From a virus (lineage: Duplodnaviria; Caudoviricetes), in the IMG/VR virus record IMGVR_UViG_3300037634_002601, positions 1 through 39,403 of that record: DNA of 39,403 bases; one strand, given 5' to 3'. The position numbers and the translations under genes were made by a program. Below the pieces are notes generated by a model that ran no database searches, was not told the origin of the DNA, and was given only the letters and a program-made list of their open reading frames with translations. Positions 20,301 to 29,517 of the stretch are shown one piece after another. The stretch's first letter is position 1; each line of letters begins with the position of its first letter.

Positions 20301-21344
20301 TTACCACTTACTGGGGCAACTGGAACAACATTAGATTGTTCATTAATACAAACATTAATTGATGATTTTATTGATAACAATGCGGATGGTTTTGTGAGTT
20401 ATTTAGATACATTAGAAACACTTAAGTGTGGTAATGCATATAGCTTATATAGTGGCACAAGTTCAACTGGGTTTTTATTTTCTGAAGAAAATGATGGGAC
20501 AATTGGTGTATATGAATTTACTACATTAACTGGTGGTACAGATACATATATTAATGTGTCAGATAAAGTTACATCAGAATGTTGTGAAATTATAAACAGT
20601 GGCTTTGAAAGTTACTCAAATATATTTAAACAAGGTGTAAATAACTACCCAACAGTTAGTTGGGACCCAAATAAAGAACGATGTGTTTATACCAAATGCG
20701 GTGACGATGGGTGTACTAATTTTGATACTTTGTTAACAACAGAGTTAACTGAAATAGATACTGTATTAGAATTTGGTAGTGTTTTATCTAATGAACTTAT
20801 TGATGTTAAAAGTAGGCAAACAATTAGTGGTTATCCAACACTTAGAATGCTTTATGATAGATATAATTTACACACCCTTGATTATTGCGATGTAGATAGT
20901 TCCAAGTTCGATTATTTTGATATGGATAACTTCGGCAAGGGGGTTGGTGATTATTGGATAGGTTTAATAGAACAAGTCGTCCCAACCACAACAATTTGGG
21001 GTTCAACATATACATATAGAAATACCATTTTTGACCAGCAGAAACATAAGTATAAACAAAATAACTTATACTTCTGCGCTAATCCAAGTATTAAGTTTCC
21101 GTTTTCAGCAATATCTAAAGATACTAGTGTTTCGGTTGAAACATTTAATATAACATTAACAGAAAATAACACTGGTAATACCATAACAACAGTTAGTAGA
21201 GAATTAACGACAAGGAATTGTGATGGTGTTTGGATTATGCAAAACACTTGTAACCCAGAATTCTTAGGTACCGTTAGTATTATGGGTAGAACAGGCACAA
21301 ATGACCCAAATACAATTAATGAAGCCCCATCAGAAATGGGTTAA
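17400..21344 (+). CDS. Large Cys-rich tail/baseplate protein (1314 aa) with coiled coils and PA14-like module
   Basis: CC-containing motifs, two short coiled-coil stretches, CPxGY-bounded module with FELDETKVYRVGFAADEKVRIKVNG and GKNIIEAEGWN (PA14/GLEYA-like). Confidence 0.7.
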   Translation: MYKLELTSYNETCFDANEIISNNWQLVENYDGTVSLFDEVLSNISSIIETKPCCEKLGYTFDLENQKCRWQEHKTLCDVLGGDPFKVILNPNNNNGVLFNFSDNETCFFDISFDYLFKFECEDILKVVEGIEGQKNSENTKNINELTLEIINEENNIIFLTEQIETENGYDIPYVIQCVNTNTATNAANYFNKSGQINTVTNNQKDAYDSENTKSAFIKKTPPGALGLNDGGITNYCLTDIGLAAWKVILGDNTYNKWFNSNGIDTNVYVCADVEELLKGDTTENTLITTKCDYSIYDKDISLKKIADLQLQLNDANNKKNELSIELAELELENLEEIPNNCELLSIFEDFSVDFTLETLNTTTNILETVYSESIMNIGAGNIYDYIKSTSGDTGILISGFSSCTDQENVNTSIKCLTLKDLLYNDVYLNRFLPFNKIPKEQTELVTLFNNLNCWYRQTCWLNYETRIEGDIINQLNGKNINMSIRVNNSCADFSILLDRIKINKDCTKIDNVQKLISEPPKFKIERVVDNKKSWVANDVKDERIFELKYRGTEYETNHHKLIINTKEVDLNLSPARAVEQDIWCYINQNNCILEGCDDSFSTFACPSGYTLTSDADACIFTATTGTTSAITQYNVSTPYNFTRPNHYLNRGTLFVEDVSDKEWPIFWTGTPQNTWVGPYYNVDYLTASNGDYLMHSGFGNNYTNSGYLIWASPDAFCAEFSEFGASSSDLFNSKLNPNILWGGTAADVSSSVFNNITGTDVAGRLYNRSIWSSSQSPLNEWIGLSYTFELDETKVYRVGFAADEKVRIKVNGEYLINSDLTTYYPINPSVNIFNSASRFQQIYIVVGLTLLAGKNIIEAEGWNSQNAAGFVCEVYDATESELMGMRYETELSGVTVFSTRSEIGGVFQLGEDSGYSCPTGYSLDTSIAAPYQCIDIDKISRFDSQENCCCAGFPLLIKGDDDITVELPLTGATGTTLDCSLIQTLIDDFIDNNADGFVSYLDTLETLKCGNAYSLYSGTSSTGFLFSEENDGTIGVYEFTTLTGGTDTYINVSDKVTSECCEIINSGFESYSNIFKQGVNNYPTVSWDPNKERCVYTKCGDDGCTNFDTLLTTELTEIDTVLEFGSVLSNELIDVKSRQTISGYPTLRMLYDRYNLHTLDYCDVDSSKFDYFDMDNFGKGVGDYWIGLIEQVVPTTTIWGSTYTYRNTIFDQQKHKYKQNNLYFCANPSIKFPFSAISKDTSVSVETFNITLTENNTGNTITTVSRELTTRNCDGVWIMQNTCNPEFLGTVSIMGRTGTNDPNTINEAPSEMG

Positions 21345-21358
21345 CTTTAAACTTTTAA

Positions 21359-21367
21359 ATATTTATT
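21359..21367 (+). promoter_or_regulatory. Late-promoter variant ATATTTATT
   Basis: Immediately upstream of ATG21371. Confidence 0.4.
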
Positions 21368-21370
21368 ATT

Positions 21371-21613
21371 ATGCCATTATTAATACAAAACATAAAGACA
21401 AATCTTATACAATCAATTAATCAAGATATTAATTTAATTGATACACTAGGGGGGGCATTTGGTTATGAGGATTGGTTTAAGATAGGTGGTTTAGAATTTT
21501 TCATACAAAACTATAAAAAATACATAGAGAGTGAAAACTTAAATAAAGATAGAGACTTTGGGCTTAATTTTAATTCTAATAAAACATTTAAAGAATTGAA
21601 AATATCATATTAA
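21371..21613 (+). CDS. Small hypothetical protein (80 aa)
   Basis: Fills gap between two large structural genes, TAATG-coupled to the next gene. Confidence 0.65.
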   Translation: MPLLIQNIKTNLIQSINQDINLIDTLGGAFGYEDWFKIGGLEFFIQNYKKYIESENLNKDRDFGLNFNSNKTFKELKISY

Positions 21614-24357
21614 TGAGATATCAAGATAGAATATATAATTCAAGTGGCAACCTATTAAGGAATAGCACAACCCCATTACCACATACAAGTTCAGATATGT
21701 GTGTATTTGAAATACCATTTTTTACAATGAGTGGTGGTAGCAAAATAGATTGTTCTGAAGTCACTTGTGATATATCTGGTATATCATATAATAATATATT
21801 TACCGCCACAACCGAATGCTTTATTACCAATAACTTAATAACTTCTGGGGTTTGTTTTAATGACATAACTTGGGAAACAAGGATATATGAAGATGATACA
21901 TTATCATATAGTGGCGATTTTTTCACTTCAACAACAACAACAGGTCTAACACCAACCATATTAGATTTTAGTGGTTCAGTTATTACTGCTTTTGATGCGC
22001 TTAATTATAATTATAGTTTTAGTGGAACACAATACACACTTAATCAAAACGGGTTTGATAATATTAAATTACAAATATCGACAACTTTAAACATAACAAA
22101 TGATTGTGTAAATTGTTCATGCCCATCTGGTTATACCGCAACACCAGCATTTGATGAATGCGAATTATTAACATATACATCATCAACAACTGGTGCCACA
22201 TTCTTTAGTGGCGTAACTGGATTCAATCAACCCCCCAATAGTCATCTTGGTGCGGCATTTTTATCAAACGTAAACGACTATACATGGCCACTAACTTTTA
22301 GTGGAAGCCCAAATCAAGTTGGTGCATATAGTGGAACTAACTTTGTTGTTGATGCAACATCAACAGTTGTACCAGCACTGGCTGGTGGGCCAGGGCCACC
22401 ATACTATACAAAACCTACCGTTACGAATAGTTTATGGGGACAATGGTCGGCTATTGATGGCAGAATGAATAATGCTGGCATACAATCAGACCCAGAAATA
22501 CTTAATCAATTTATTGGTTTTGTAACATGTATTGATATTGAAACATCTGGGAAATATTATATTGGTGTAGGTGCAAGGCGAAATTTTAAATTGACATTAA
22601 ACGGAAACTTAATAATGTCTGGTAACACCACAACAACCTTAAGACCACCCTATAACTCACCATCTACGGAGGATTTATCCACTCAACAATTTTGGGTCCT
22701 TGAACTTGAATTGAATTCTGGTAAAAATATTGTTGAAATGGAATTTTGGAATAGTGTTCTAGGGGGGCGGGCAAATTTCACATGTGAAATATATAGCGGA
22801 ACCAGTATACAAGAATTATCTGGGTTTACTAGTGAAGCACAATTAAGTGCAGTAACAATATTTTCAACAGCAAATAAGATTAATGAATTATTTGACCTTA
22901 CTGGTGCCAGCGGATTTACTTGTCCTACTGGTTATGTACTTGATACTTGCTCTGGAACAACTAGTAGTTGCGTAAAGGTAGAAAAAACAGCAATAAGTTG
23001 TTCAGCATTTACTGGTACATGTAGCGGTGTGACAGAAGTTATTTGTGATTTAGATTTTAGTGGCGCAACAAGTGGGGATACAAATATCTACCCATTAACT
23101 GGTCAAACAAACATAGACCTTGATTTTACATTTACAGCAAATACAAGTAACTTAACTGGTAATACTAAATTTTCTTTTGAGATATATAAATATGATAATA
23201 ATTTAGGGTTATTTAAACAACCACCACAATACATATCAGATAATTTTAGTTGGTCTGAATTTAGCGGTACAAGTGCATTTACTACTTCAGCCCCAGTATC
23301 ATCATTAAATGTGGATGGTGATTATTTAGTGAAGGGGTTTTATACTTATGATGTTTGTACTGAGATTGGTAATTTGTTAGGTCAAACAATTACCACATCA
23401 AAATATAAAACGGGCGATGGCTATGGTATTTATCAATCAGACAGAGATTTCTATTTCACTGCATTTATTAAAGCAGAGGAACCAAGTTTACAAGTATCAA
23501 ATGACGGTATAACAATAGTTAATTCTTTATTTGTACATAGTTCTATATTAACAGGGGATGAAGACGTTATAGCTATCAAAAAAACAAGCGGTGCATATAG
23601 TATAGCATTAAATGGTTTAACATTAGCAAAGGACCTTGATTATTCTTTAAGTGCTAATAGTTTGACATCGATAGTAAAATTAAGTGGTGCCACAGTTTCT
23701 GGGGATATTTTTACATATGTATATGTTAGTGCCACCAATGATGATTCATTAAGGGTGGATACTATTGACATAACATCAACAATAGTCAGTGGGGCAACTG
23801 ATGGTCAAGGTTCAAATGATGTATATTATAATACAACAGAAAGTAAGTATGAAATTTATACGTCTATAGTACCAAGTAGTGGCAATGATATTATTGTAAC
23901 ACTAAATGGTGTTACCTTAGCAAATAATATTGATTATTATTTATCAATAAGTAATGATAAGAGAATAATACTGGAGGGTACTGTAATTGTTGGAGATATA
24001 ATTAATATATATTATATTACAAATACAGATTCTCAAGGTGATATATCAACAATTAGTTTACCAATAAGTTGGTCAATACTTACACCACCACAAAAAGTTA
24101 ACGGTGAGTTTACGGTTGAGTTTTCTGATACAACTAGTTTCACAAATATAATAACTAGTGCAAAAACTGATTATGTTGTTGGATTTGCTAATTATTCATT
24201 GGTTATACCATTGGTTGGGGTTGCTGGTGATGTCCAATACTATAGAATTAAGAACGAAAAGAAATATATAGATATTTGCAATAATCCAATAGCAACGGTG
24301 GCATATAGCGAAATAATTGACATAACATTACAAACAAATGCGATTAATTCATACTAA
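21613..24357 (+). CDS. Ser/Thr/Gly-rich tail fibre/baseplate protein (914 aa) with second PA14-like module
   Basis: CPSGY...CPTGY-bounded module homologous to that in 17400..21344; two LNG.TLA...DY repeats typical of myovirus baseplate/fibre proteins; FN3/Ig-like C-terminus. Confidence 0.7.
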   Translation: MRYQDRIYNSSGNLLRNSTTPLPHTSSDMCVFEIPFFTMSGGSKIDCSEVTCDISGISYNNIFTATTECFITNNLITSGVCFNDITWETRIYEDDTLSYSGDFFTSTTTTGLTPTILDFSGSVITAFDALNYNYSFSGTQYTLNQNGFDNIKLQISTTLNITNDCVNCSCPSGYTATPAFDECELLTYTSSTTGATFFSGVTGFNQPPNSHLGAAFLSNVNDYTWPLTFSGSPNQVGAYSGTNFVVDATSTVVPALAGGPGPPYYTKPTVTNSLWGQWSAIDGRMNNAGIQSDPEILNQFIGFVTCIDIETSGKYYIGVGARRNFKLTLNGNLIMSGNTTTTLRPPYNSPSTEDLSTQQFWVLELELNSGKNIVEMEFWNSVLGGRANFTCEIYSGTSIQELSGFTSEAQLSAVTIFSTANKINELFDLTGASGFTCPTGYVLDTCSGTTSSCVKVEKTAISCSAFTGTCSGVTEVICDLDFSGATSGDTNIYPLTGQTNIDLDFTFTANTSNLTGNTKFSFEIYKYDNNLGLFKQPPQYISDNFSWSEFSGTSAFTTSAPVSSLNVDGDYLVKGFYTYDVCTEIGNLLGQTITTSKYKTGDGYGIYQSDRDFYFTAFIKAEEPSLQVSNDGITIVNSLFVHSSILTGDEDVIAIKKTSGAYSIALNGLTLAKDLDYSLSANSLTSIVKLSGATVSGDIFTYVYVSATNDDSLRVDTIDITSTIVSGATDGQGSNDVYYNTTESKYEIYTSIVPSSGNDIIVTLNGVTLANNIDYYLSISNDKRIILEGTVIVGDIINIYYITNTDSQGDISTISLPISWSILTPPQKVNGEFTVEFSDTTSFTNIITSAKTDYVVGFANYSLVIPLVGVAGDVQYYRIKNEKKYIDICNNPIATVAYSEIIDITLQTNAINSY

Positions 24358-24408
24358 ATATTTATTTTAGGTATTTATTAATTAAATTAAGAATAAAAGA
24401 TATTTATA
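24358..24408 (+). promoter_or_regulatory. Cluster of three late-promoter motifs (ATATTTATT, GTATTTATT, GATATTTATA)
   Basis: At 24358, 24371 and 24399 in a 55-nt gap before ATG24413. Confidence 0.55.
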
Positions 24409-24412
24409 AAAT

Positions 24413-26581
24413 ATGAGTTATATAATAAACAATTCGAGTGCTTTTGTTAATATAAAATTAACTGAAACAGGAAGACAAAAATTAGCACAAGGTAAATTAA
24501 ATTTTACTTCTTGGGGTATAGGTGATTCTGAAATAAACTATGCTAGAGAAGATGTGCATGATGATAATCTCACAGATGTGTCATTATCTGGTTCAAGTAA
24601 GATATTAAGACCATTAGACACACAACCAAATATAAAGTATTTTATTACTGCAATTAGTAATAATAATATTACTTTAAACACACTTAATAATTTTCAAATA
24701 AACACAATAAAGGCGATTGTGAATAATAGTGCCAAAGAAAGGGGGTTTTTTAGTGCCGACACAACACATAGTAATTATATAACATATACTGGAGACACTT
24801 ATATCAAAGCACATGGGTCGATTTCTGGGGCAACAATAACTGGTGGCACATCTTTGGTTATTGGAACTGGCCATACCTATCAAATCGGTGATTTTTTATT
24901 GTTAAAGGTTAATAATGACACTGTTGGAACATTAACAGACAATCAAAATACAATTCCTATACCACATTTATGGTATAAAATACAATCACAAACAACAACA
25001 ATAAATTTAAATGATACTGTTGTATTTGACAGGGCATTACCAAATACAAATTCCATAACAGCAACCACACAATGGTTTATATATACAAGTGATGAGGTAT
25101 ATGGTGGGTTTGGTTTTGAAGAGACTACACCATATTGGAATACAAATACATTATCATTTGCTGGTTGTTGCGATATATCTTGTGGTGATGTACCAGTTTG
25201 GAATATGAATAATGTTTGGTGTGAAAACTTAGCTGGTATGACTGGTTCAAGTGTTAATAACACACCATCAACACCAAATGAAAGTTTTGAGAAATTTGGG
25301 TCAAATGATTATTTGGGCCAAAAATACCCATATTTAGAATATGAATGTGTTTCAACAACAACAGAAAGTAGTGAAATTTGTTCAACACCTGGAGAATCAA
25401 CAATAGATACCACAATTAAATCCATATCATTGGTGCATTATACAAATAATACAATATCTAATTATTATGGTGAATTTTTTCATATAGATGGTGATTCAGA
25501 TAAGATACTAAAGCTACACTTACCAGACTTAATGTATCATAGAAGAAATTTTAGCACTGAGAGTGGTACAACAATGGGTATGGATTTTATTGCTAGTGGT
25601 GCAACAAAATTGATAGGTGATAGTGACATAGAATATGTTGATTTAATTGAAGACCCAACGATGGTCAGTGACACCCCTAAAATAGTTGGTAAAGTATTAC
25701 CTCAATTAAAAACAGCGGTATTTAGTGATGACGAAATTGTTAGCGCATTGTCTTATAAATCTAATAGGAATTGGACATTACCAACGTTAACATCTAATTT
25801 AATTTCATCAGCAAATGGTACCTTAAGTGGTGTTTTAGGGGTTGGTAAAACAATGTATATGTCGTATACATTTGAAAATTCAACTTCTACTGGTCTAACA
25901 ACTACTTTACCGTGCCAATATTATACTAAGATAAGTAATAACACTTCAAATAGCAAGGATGTTGAATTTAGACTTAGTGATGTTGATTTATTACCCTACA
26001 TGAGAAAAGAAGAAAAACCTGGATATGATGGTATGGGTTTTTCAGCCAGAGACTTTAAGGTTATATATCAAATAGTTGACGATGTTAACGATAGACCACA
26101 ACCAGATTCTTGGAAAGTTCATGATTTCACAAGTAGCGGTATAACAACTAGTGTTGGTGAAACTATTGACCCATTGTTATTAGAACGTCAAACTCCAACA
26201 TTAAATGGGTTTTTAATAGACAATACAATATACACTGGAGACACAACATTTACCATTATAGATTCATTAAGCATGGCAACAAATGCTGACAGTTCAATTC
26301 TTCAATTTGGTGACGAAAGGTTCTTTTACGGTAATCTTCAAACATATATCGGTGCAACAATATTTAAAACAACATTTAGAATAGATATATCCGCAGATGA
26401 TTTTAAAACAACAAGTAACCCAACAAGACCAAACAGTGTACCGAATCAACCAGACATAAGGGTTAGCGAAGTTGGGGTTTATGATGATACTGGTGCTTTA
26501 GTTTTGATTGGTAAATTAAGTAAAGCAGTTAACTTAGCGGCTGGGAACACTATAACATTTGAGTTAAGTATAGATTTTTAA
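24413..26581 (+). CDS. Tail-collar fibre (DUF3751 / P2 gpH N-terminal-like) protein, 722 aa
   Basis: N-terminal KLTETGRQKLAQG...GIGD and C-terminal RVSEVGVYDDTGALVLIGKL match the two halves of the tail-collar fibre domain. Confidence 0.65.
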   Translation: MSYIINNSSAFVNIKLTETGRQKLAQGKLNFTSWGIGDSEINYAREDVHDDNLTDVSLSGSSKILRPLDTQPNIKYFITAISNNNITLNTLNNFQINTIKAIVNNSAKERGFFSADTTHSNYITYTGDTYIKAHGSISGATITGGTSLVIGTGHTYQIGDFLLLKVNNDTVGTLTDNQNTIPIPHLWYKIQSQTTTINLNDTVVFDRALPNTNSITATTQWFIYTSDEVYGGFGFEETTPYWNTNTLSFAGCCDISCGDVPVWNMNNVWCENLAGMTGSSVNNTPSTPNESFEKFGSNDYLGQKYPYLEYECVSTTTESSEICSTPGESTIDTTIKSISLVHYTNNTISNYYGEFFHIDGDSDKILKLHLPDLMYHRRNFSTESGTTMGMDFIASGATKLIGDSDIEYVDLIEDPTMVSDTPKIVGKVLPQLKTAVFSDDEIVSALSYKSNRNWTLPTLTSNLISSANGTLSGVLGVGKTMYMSYTFENSTSTGLTTTLPCQYYTKISNNTSNSKDVEFRLSDVDLLPYMRKEEKPGYDGMGFSARDFKVIYQIVDDVNDRPQPDSWKVHDFTSSGITTSVGETIDPLLLERQTPTLNGFLIDNTIYTGDTTFTIIDSLSMATNADSSILQFGDERFFYGNLQTYIGATIFKTTFRIDISADDFKTTSNPTRPNSVPNQPDIRVSEVGVYDDTGALVLIGKLSKAVNLAAGNTITFELSIDF

Positions 26582-26582
26582 G

Positions 26583-27779
26583 ATGGGATTTTTAACAGAT
26601 ACAACAACAATAGAATTAACAGCAAAGCTAACCCCACAAGGTAGGGCTAAAATTGTTAGTAACACTAACACCTTAATAACATATTTTAGTCTTGGTGATT
26701 CAGATGCCTATTACAGTTCATACACTGGTTTAACAGGTGGTCAAGTACCACAAATTTCTGGTGATAATGCTGGTTTAGATACAAATAACGGTGGGGTTGA
26801 TTATATACTTAGAAGCACATTAAATTTAAATGCGGCAACAGATAAGAAATCGGTTAACCCAGCATCAATTAGTGTAAACACAAAAACTGTATCATTAGGT
26901 TTTAAAACAATAAATTATAGTGGGGGCACTATAACTCAAAACAAAGTTAGTTTAGCTGATGTCAACACCGATGGGTTAACTAATTTATTTTATTCATTTG
27001 CGCTACCAATAACCCCAAGTGATTTTAATAATTTTACTGGTACAACAGGCACATTTACCCAAACAGCTTTTAGTGGTCTAGCACAAAATAATATATTAGT
27101 TGTTGGTATTAGTGGTACTACATATGCAGAACTAATTGATGGTAAGAGTATTAACTGTAATCTAACCACTACAGCATCAACATATAACATATATAGTACA
27201 TATGAAAATAAATCAACAACACTTATGGATGAAGATGCATCCATTACAGACAAATCAATAAATTTACATTATTTTGGCCCCAATAGAGCGTTATTATTCT
27301 CAGATGAGGTATTAAGACCAAACGGAGGTGACTCATCTAAGAGTTGGTCAACTGGATATGGCACTAACAAACCATTTAGTGTTAACAATAAAGAATTATT
27401 TAATATACAAACCAATTCAAATCTTAATTTCACTGCTGACACTCCAGTTGGTATTGCATACTTAGACAAAGGGTTTTTAGTTATAACAGAACCAACAATT
27501 GTTAATGATTTTGATACAACATTTTCTGCGGCAACAGGCACATCAATTACTTTTGACCATGATAGGGTTACGGTTTCACAATCTATCACATGTTTGGCCG
27601 ATAGAGGTGAGTTTGGTGTTTCAAACAACTATACTTGGAGTCTGGGTGATACACCAAGAATAACAGAGATTGGGTTATTTGATAACACAGGAACATTAAT
27701 TGCGATTGGTAAGTTAAATAAGACCTACTATAAACCAGTGGATGACTTGGTTGCATTTTCAATTACAATCGAATACTAG
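26583..27779 (+). CDS. Tail-collar fibre-like paralog, 398 aa
   Basis: KLTPQGRAKIV...FSLGDSD and RITEIGLFDNTGTLIAIGKL; same end motifs as upstream gene. Confidence 0.65.
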   Translation: MGFLTDTTTIELTAKLTPQGRAKIVSNTNTLITYFSLGDSDAYYSSYTGLTGGQVPQISGDNAGLDTNNGGVDYILRSTLNLNAATDKKSVNPASISVNTKTVSLGFKTINYSGGTITQNKVSLADVNTDGLTNLFYSFALPITPSDFNNFTGTTGTFTQTAFSGLAQNNILVVGISGTTYAELIDGKSINCNLTTTASTYNIYSTYENKSTTLMDEDASITDKSINLHYFGPNRALLFSDEVLRPNGGDSSKSWSTGYGTNKPFSVNNKELFNIQTNSNLNFTADTPVGIAYLDKGFLVITEPTIVNDFDTTFSAATGTSITFDHDRVTVSQSITCLADRGEFGVSNNYTWSLGDTPRITEIGLFDNTGTLIAIGKLNKTYYKPVDDLVAFSITIEY

Positions 27780-27828
27780 CCTTTACATTTTATTAATATT
27801 TATTATTTTTTTAAAAAATACATTAATA

Positions 27829-27888
27829 AGGAAAACCGCTGGTGGTTTTAAATGGAAAATTTTAGAAGAATATGAGAGAGAAAAATAG
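27829..27888 (+). pseudogene. Probable remnant 3' end of a NUMOD1-containing homing endonuclease gene
   Basis: Intergenic frame reads RKTAGGFKWKILEEYEREK* with no nearby ATG; KTAGG[FY]xW is the NUMOD1 C-terminal motif. Confidence 0.5.
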
Positions 27889-28522
27889 TAATGGTCTTGT
27901 TTTAGGACTGGATGTGTCAACAAAAACAATTGGGATTGCTTTATTTGATGACTTGGGTGATACTGGTAGATTAAAATTACTTCACCATGTTACACCAGAA
28001 ATAAAACCATTACCAGAAAATAAAATTCAACAATTATTTGATAAAGCAAGAATCTTCGAAGAAGAATTCTTAAAGTTATATGTTGATGTTGGTATAACTA
28101 AGGTTGTGATAGAAGAACCACTGGTAAGGTCAAATAATGTCAATACGGTTGCAATATTACTTAAATTTAATGGGATAATTTCTAGGTCTATTTACGAAAT
28201 ACTTGGTATAGTGCCAGAATTTATATCGTCTTATGATTCTAGAAAATACGCATTCCCAGAGTTAATGCAAGTTAGAACACACAACAGAAAAGGTGAACCA
28301 TACACCGAGAAAGAAATTGCAAAAAAGAAACCAACACTTTTTGGTGGTTACAATTTTAATATTGATAAAAAGGAAATTATATTAGGTAAGGTTTCTGAGT
28401 TAGAACCTCAAGTAACTTGGATTTATAATAAGAAAAATATATTAACTAAAGAAAGTTATGACTTAGCTGATGCATATACGTGTTGTCTAGGTTTCATGCA
28501 TAAAAATAATTTTTGGGTTTAA
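27872..28522 (+). CDS. ruvC: RuvC-like Holliday junction resolvase
   Basis: RNase H-fold acidic motifs VLGLDVSTKTIG, VVIEEP, DLADAY. Confidence 0.8.
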   Translation: MREKNSNGLVLGLDVSTKTIGIALFDDLGDTGRLKLLHHVTPEIKPLPENKIQQLFDKARIFEEEFLKLYVDVGITKVVIEEPLVRSNNVNTVAILLKFNGIISRSIYEILGIVPEFISSYDSRKYAFPELMQVRTHNRKGEPYTEKEIAKKKPTLFGGYNFNIDKKEIILGKVSELEPQVTWIYNKKNILTKESYDLADAYTCCLGFMHKNNFWV

Positions 28523-28524
28523 CA

Positions 28525-28556
28525 TTTGGTTAGTTATGTTTTTTTTATTACATTTG
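28525..28556 (+). promoter_or_regulatory. Bacteroidota-type -33/-7 promoter for primase
   Basis: TTTG(28525)-20 nt-TACATTTG(28549..28556), exact consensus and spacing; ATG only 4 nt downstream. Confidence 0.7.
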
Positions 28557-28560
28557 TCCT

Positions 28561-29517
28561 ATGTCAAGGATGATATTACAAATATTAAAACGAGTGTTGG
28601 GTGAATGTTACAACCACAGCGAAGAAACTGGTCAAACAGAATGGGGTTGCCCAGCTTGCGCTGAAGACAATGGATTATCTTATGGTAATACAAATGGTAA
28701 ACATAAACTTTCGTTAAATTATAAAAAGAATATTTTTAGATGTTGGGTTTGTTGTTTTGAAAATGACATGCATGGTAAGGTACCTAAATTAATAAAAAGG
28801 TATGGGAACAATAAAATTCTTAAAGAATACTTACTATTACAACCAGATGATTATGATTCTTCTACAGATTCGGTAAAGAGTGAAGTTAAACTACCAGAAG
28901 GTTTTAAAAAGTTATGTCTATCAAATAAACAACATTTTAAGTTTGATTCTGCTTATGATTATATCAAGAAAAGAGGGATAACTGATGAAATGATTGATTA
29001 TTATAATATTGGGTACAGTATTATTGGTAAGTATCATGATAGGATTATATTACCATCTTATGATGAAATTGGTGACCTTAATTATTTTGTTGCGAGAGCG
29101 TGGAATAAATGGATGAAGCCCAAATATCTAAACCCTATTGCTGAAAAACAATCATTAATCTTTAATGAAAACAAAATCAATTGGGATTGTACAATTTATT
29201 TGGTGGAGGGTGTTTTTGACCATATTGTTGTACCCAACTCCATACCATTATTAGGTAAGATTTTACCAGAAAATCTAAGATTAGTTTTATATACAAAAGC
29301 TAAGGGAGATATTATTATACTTTTAGATGGTGAGGCATACGATGATGCATTAAAAATATATCGGGCATTAAATTCACATAGGCTCTATAATAGAATTAAG
29401 ATATGTGTTCCAAATTATAAGGAAGACCCATCTTCTGTTTTTGAAAAATTTGGTTACAAGGGTATTGTTAAACTGCTTAATAAATGTGGTCAAATACCAG
29501 AAAGTAAATTATATTGA
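28561..29517 (+). CDS. dnaG: DnaG-type DNA primase
   Basis: Zn ribbon CPAC...CWVC, YIKKRGI, RIILP, YFVAR, KYLNP, Toprim LVEGVFD and LLDGEA. Confidence 0.9.
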   Translation: MSRMILQILKRVLGECYNHSEETGQTEWGCPACAEDNGLSYGNTNGKHKLSLNYKKNIFRCWVCCFENDMHGKVPKLIKRYGNNKILKEYLLLQPDDYDSSTDSVKSEVKLPEGFKKLCLSNKQHFKFDSAYDYIKKRGITDEMIDYYNIGYSIIGKYHDRIILPSYDEIGDLNYFVARAWNKWMKPKYLNPIAEKQSLIFNENKINWDCTIYLVEGVFDHIVVPNSIPLLGKILPENLRLVLYTKAKGDIIILLDGEAYDDALKIYRALNSHRLYNRIKICVPNYKEDPSSVFEKFGYKGIVKLLNKCGQIPESKLY

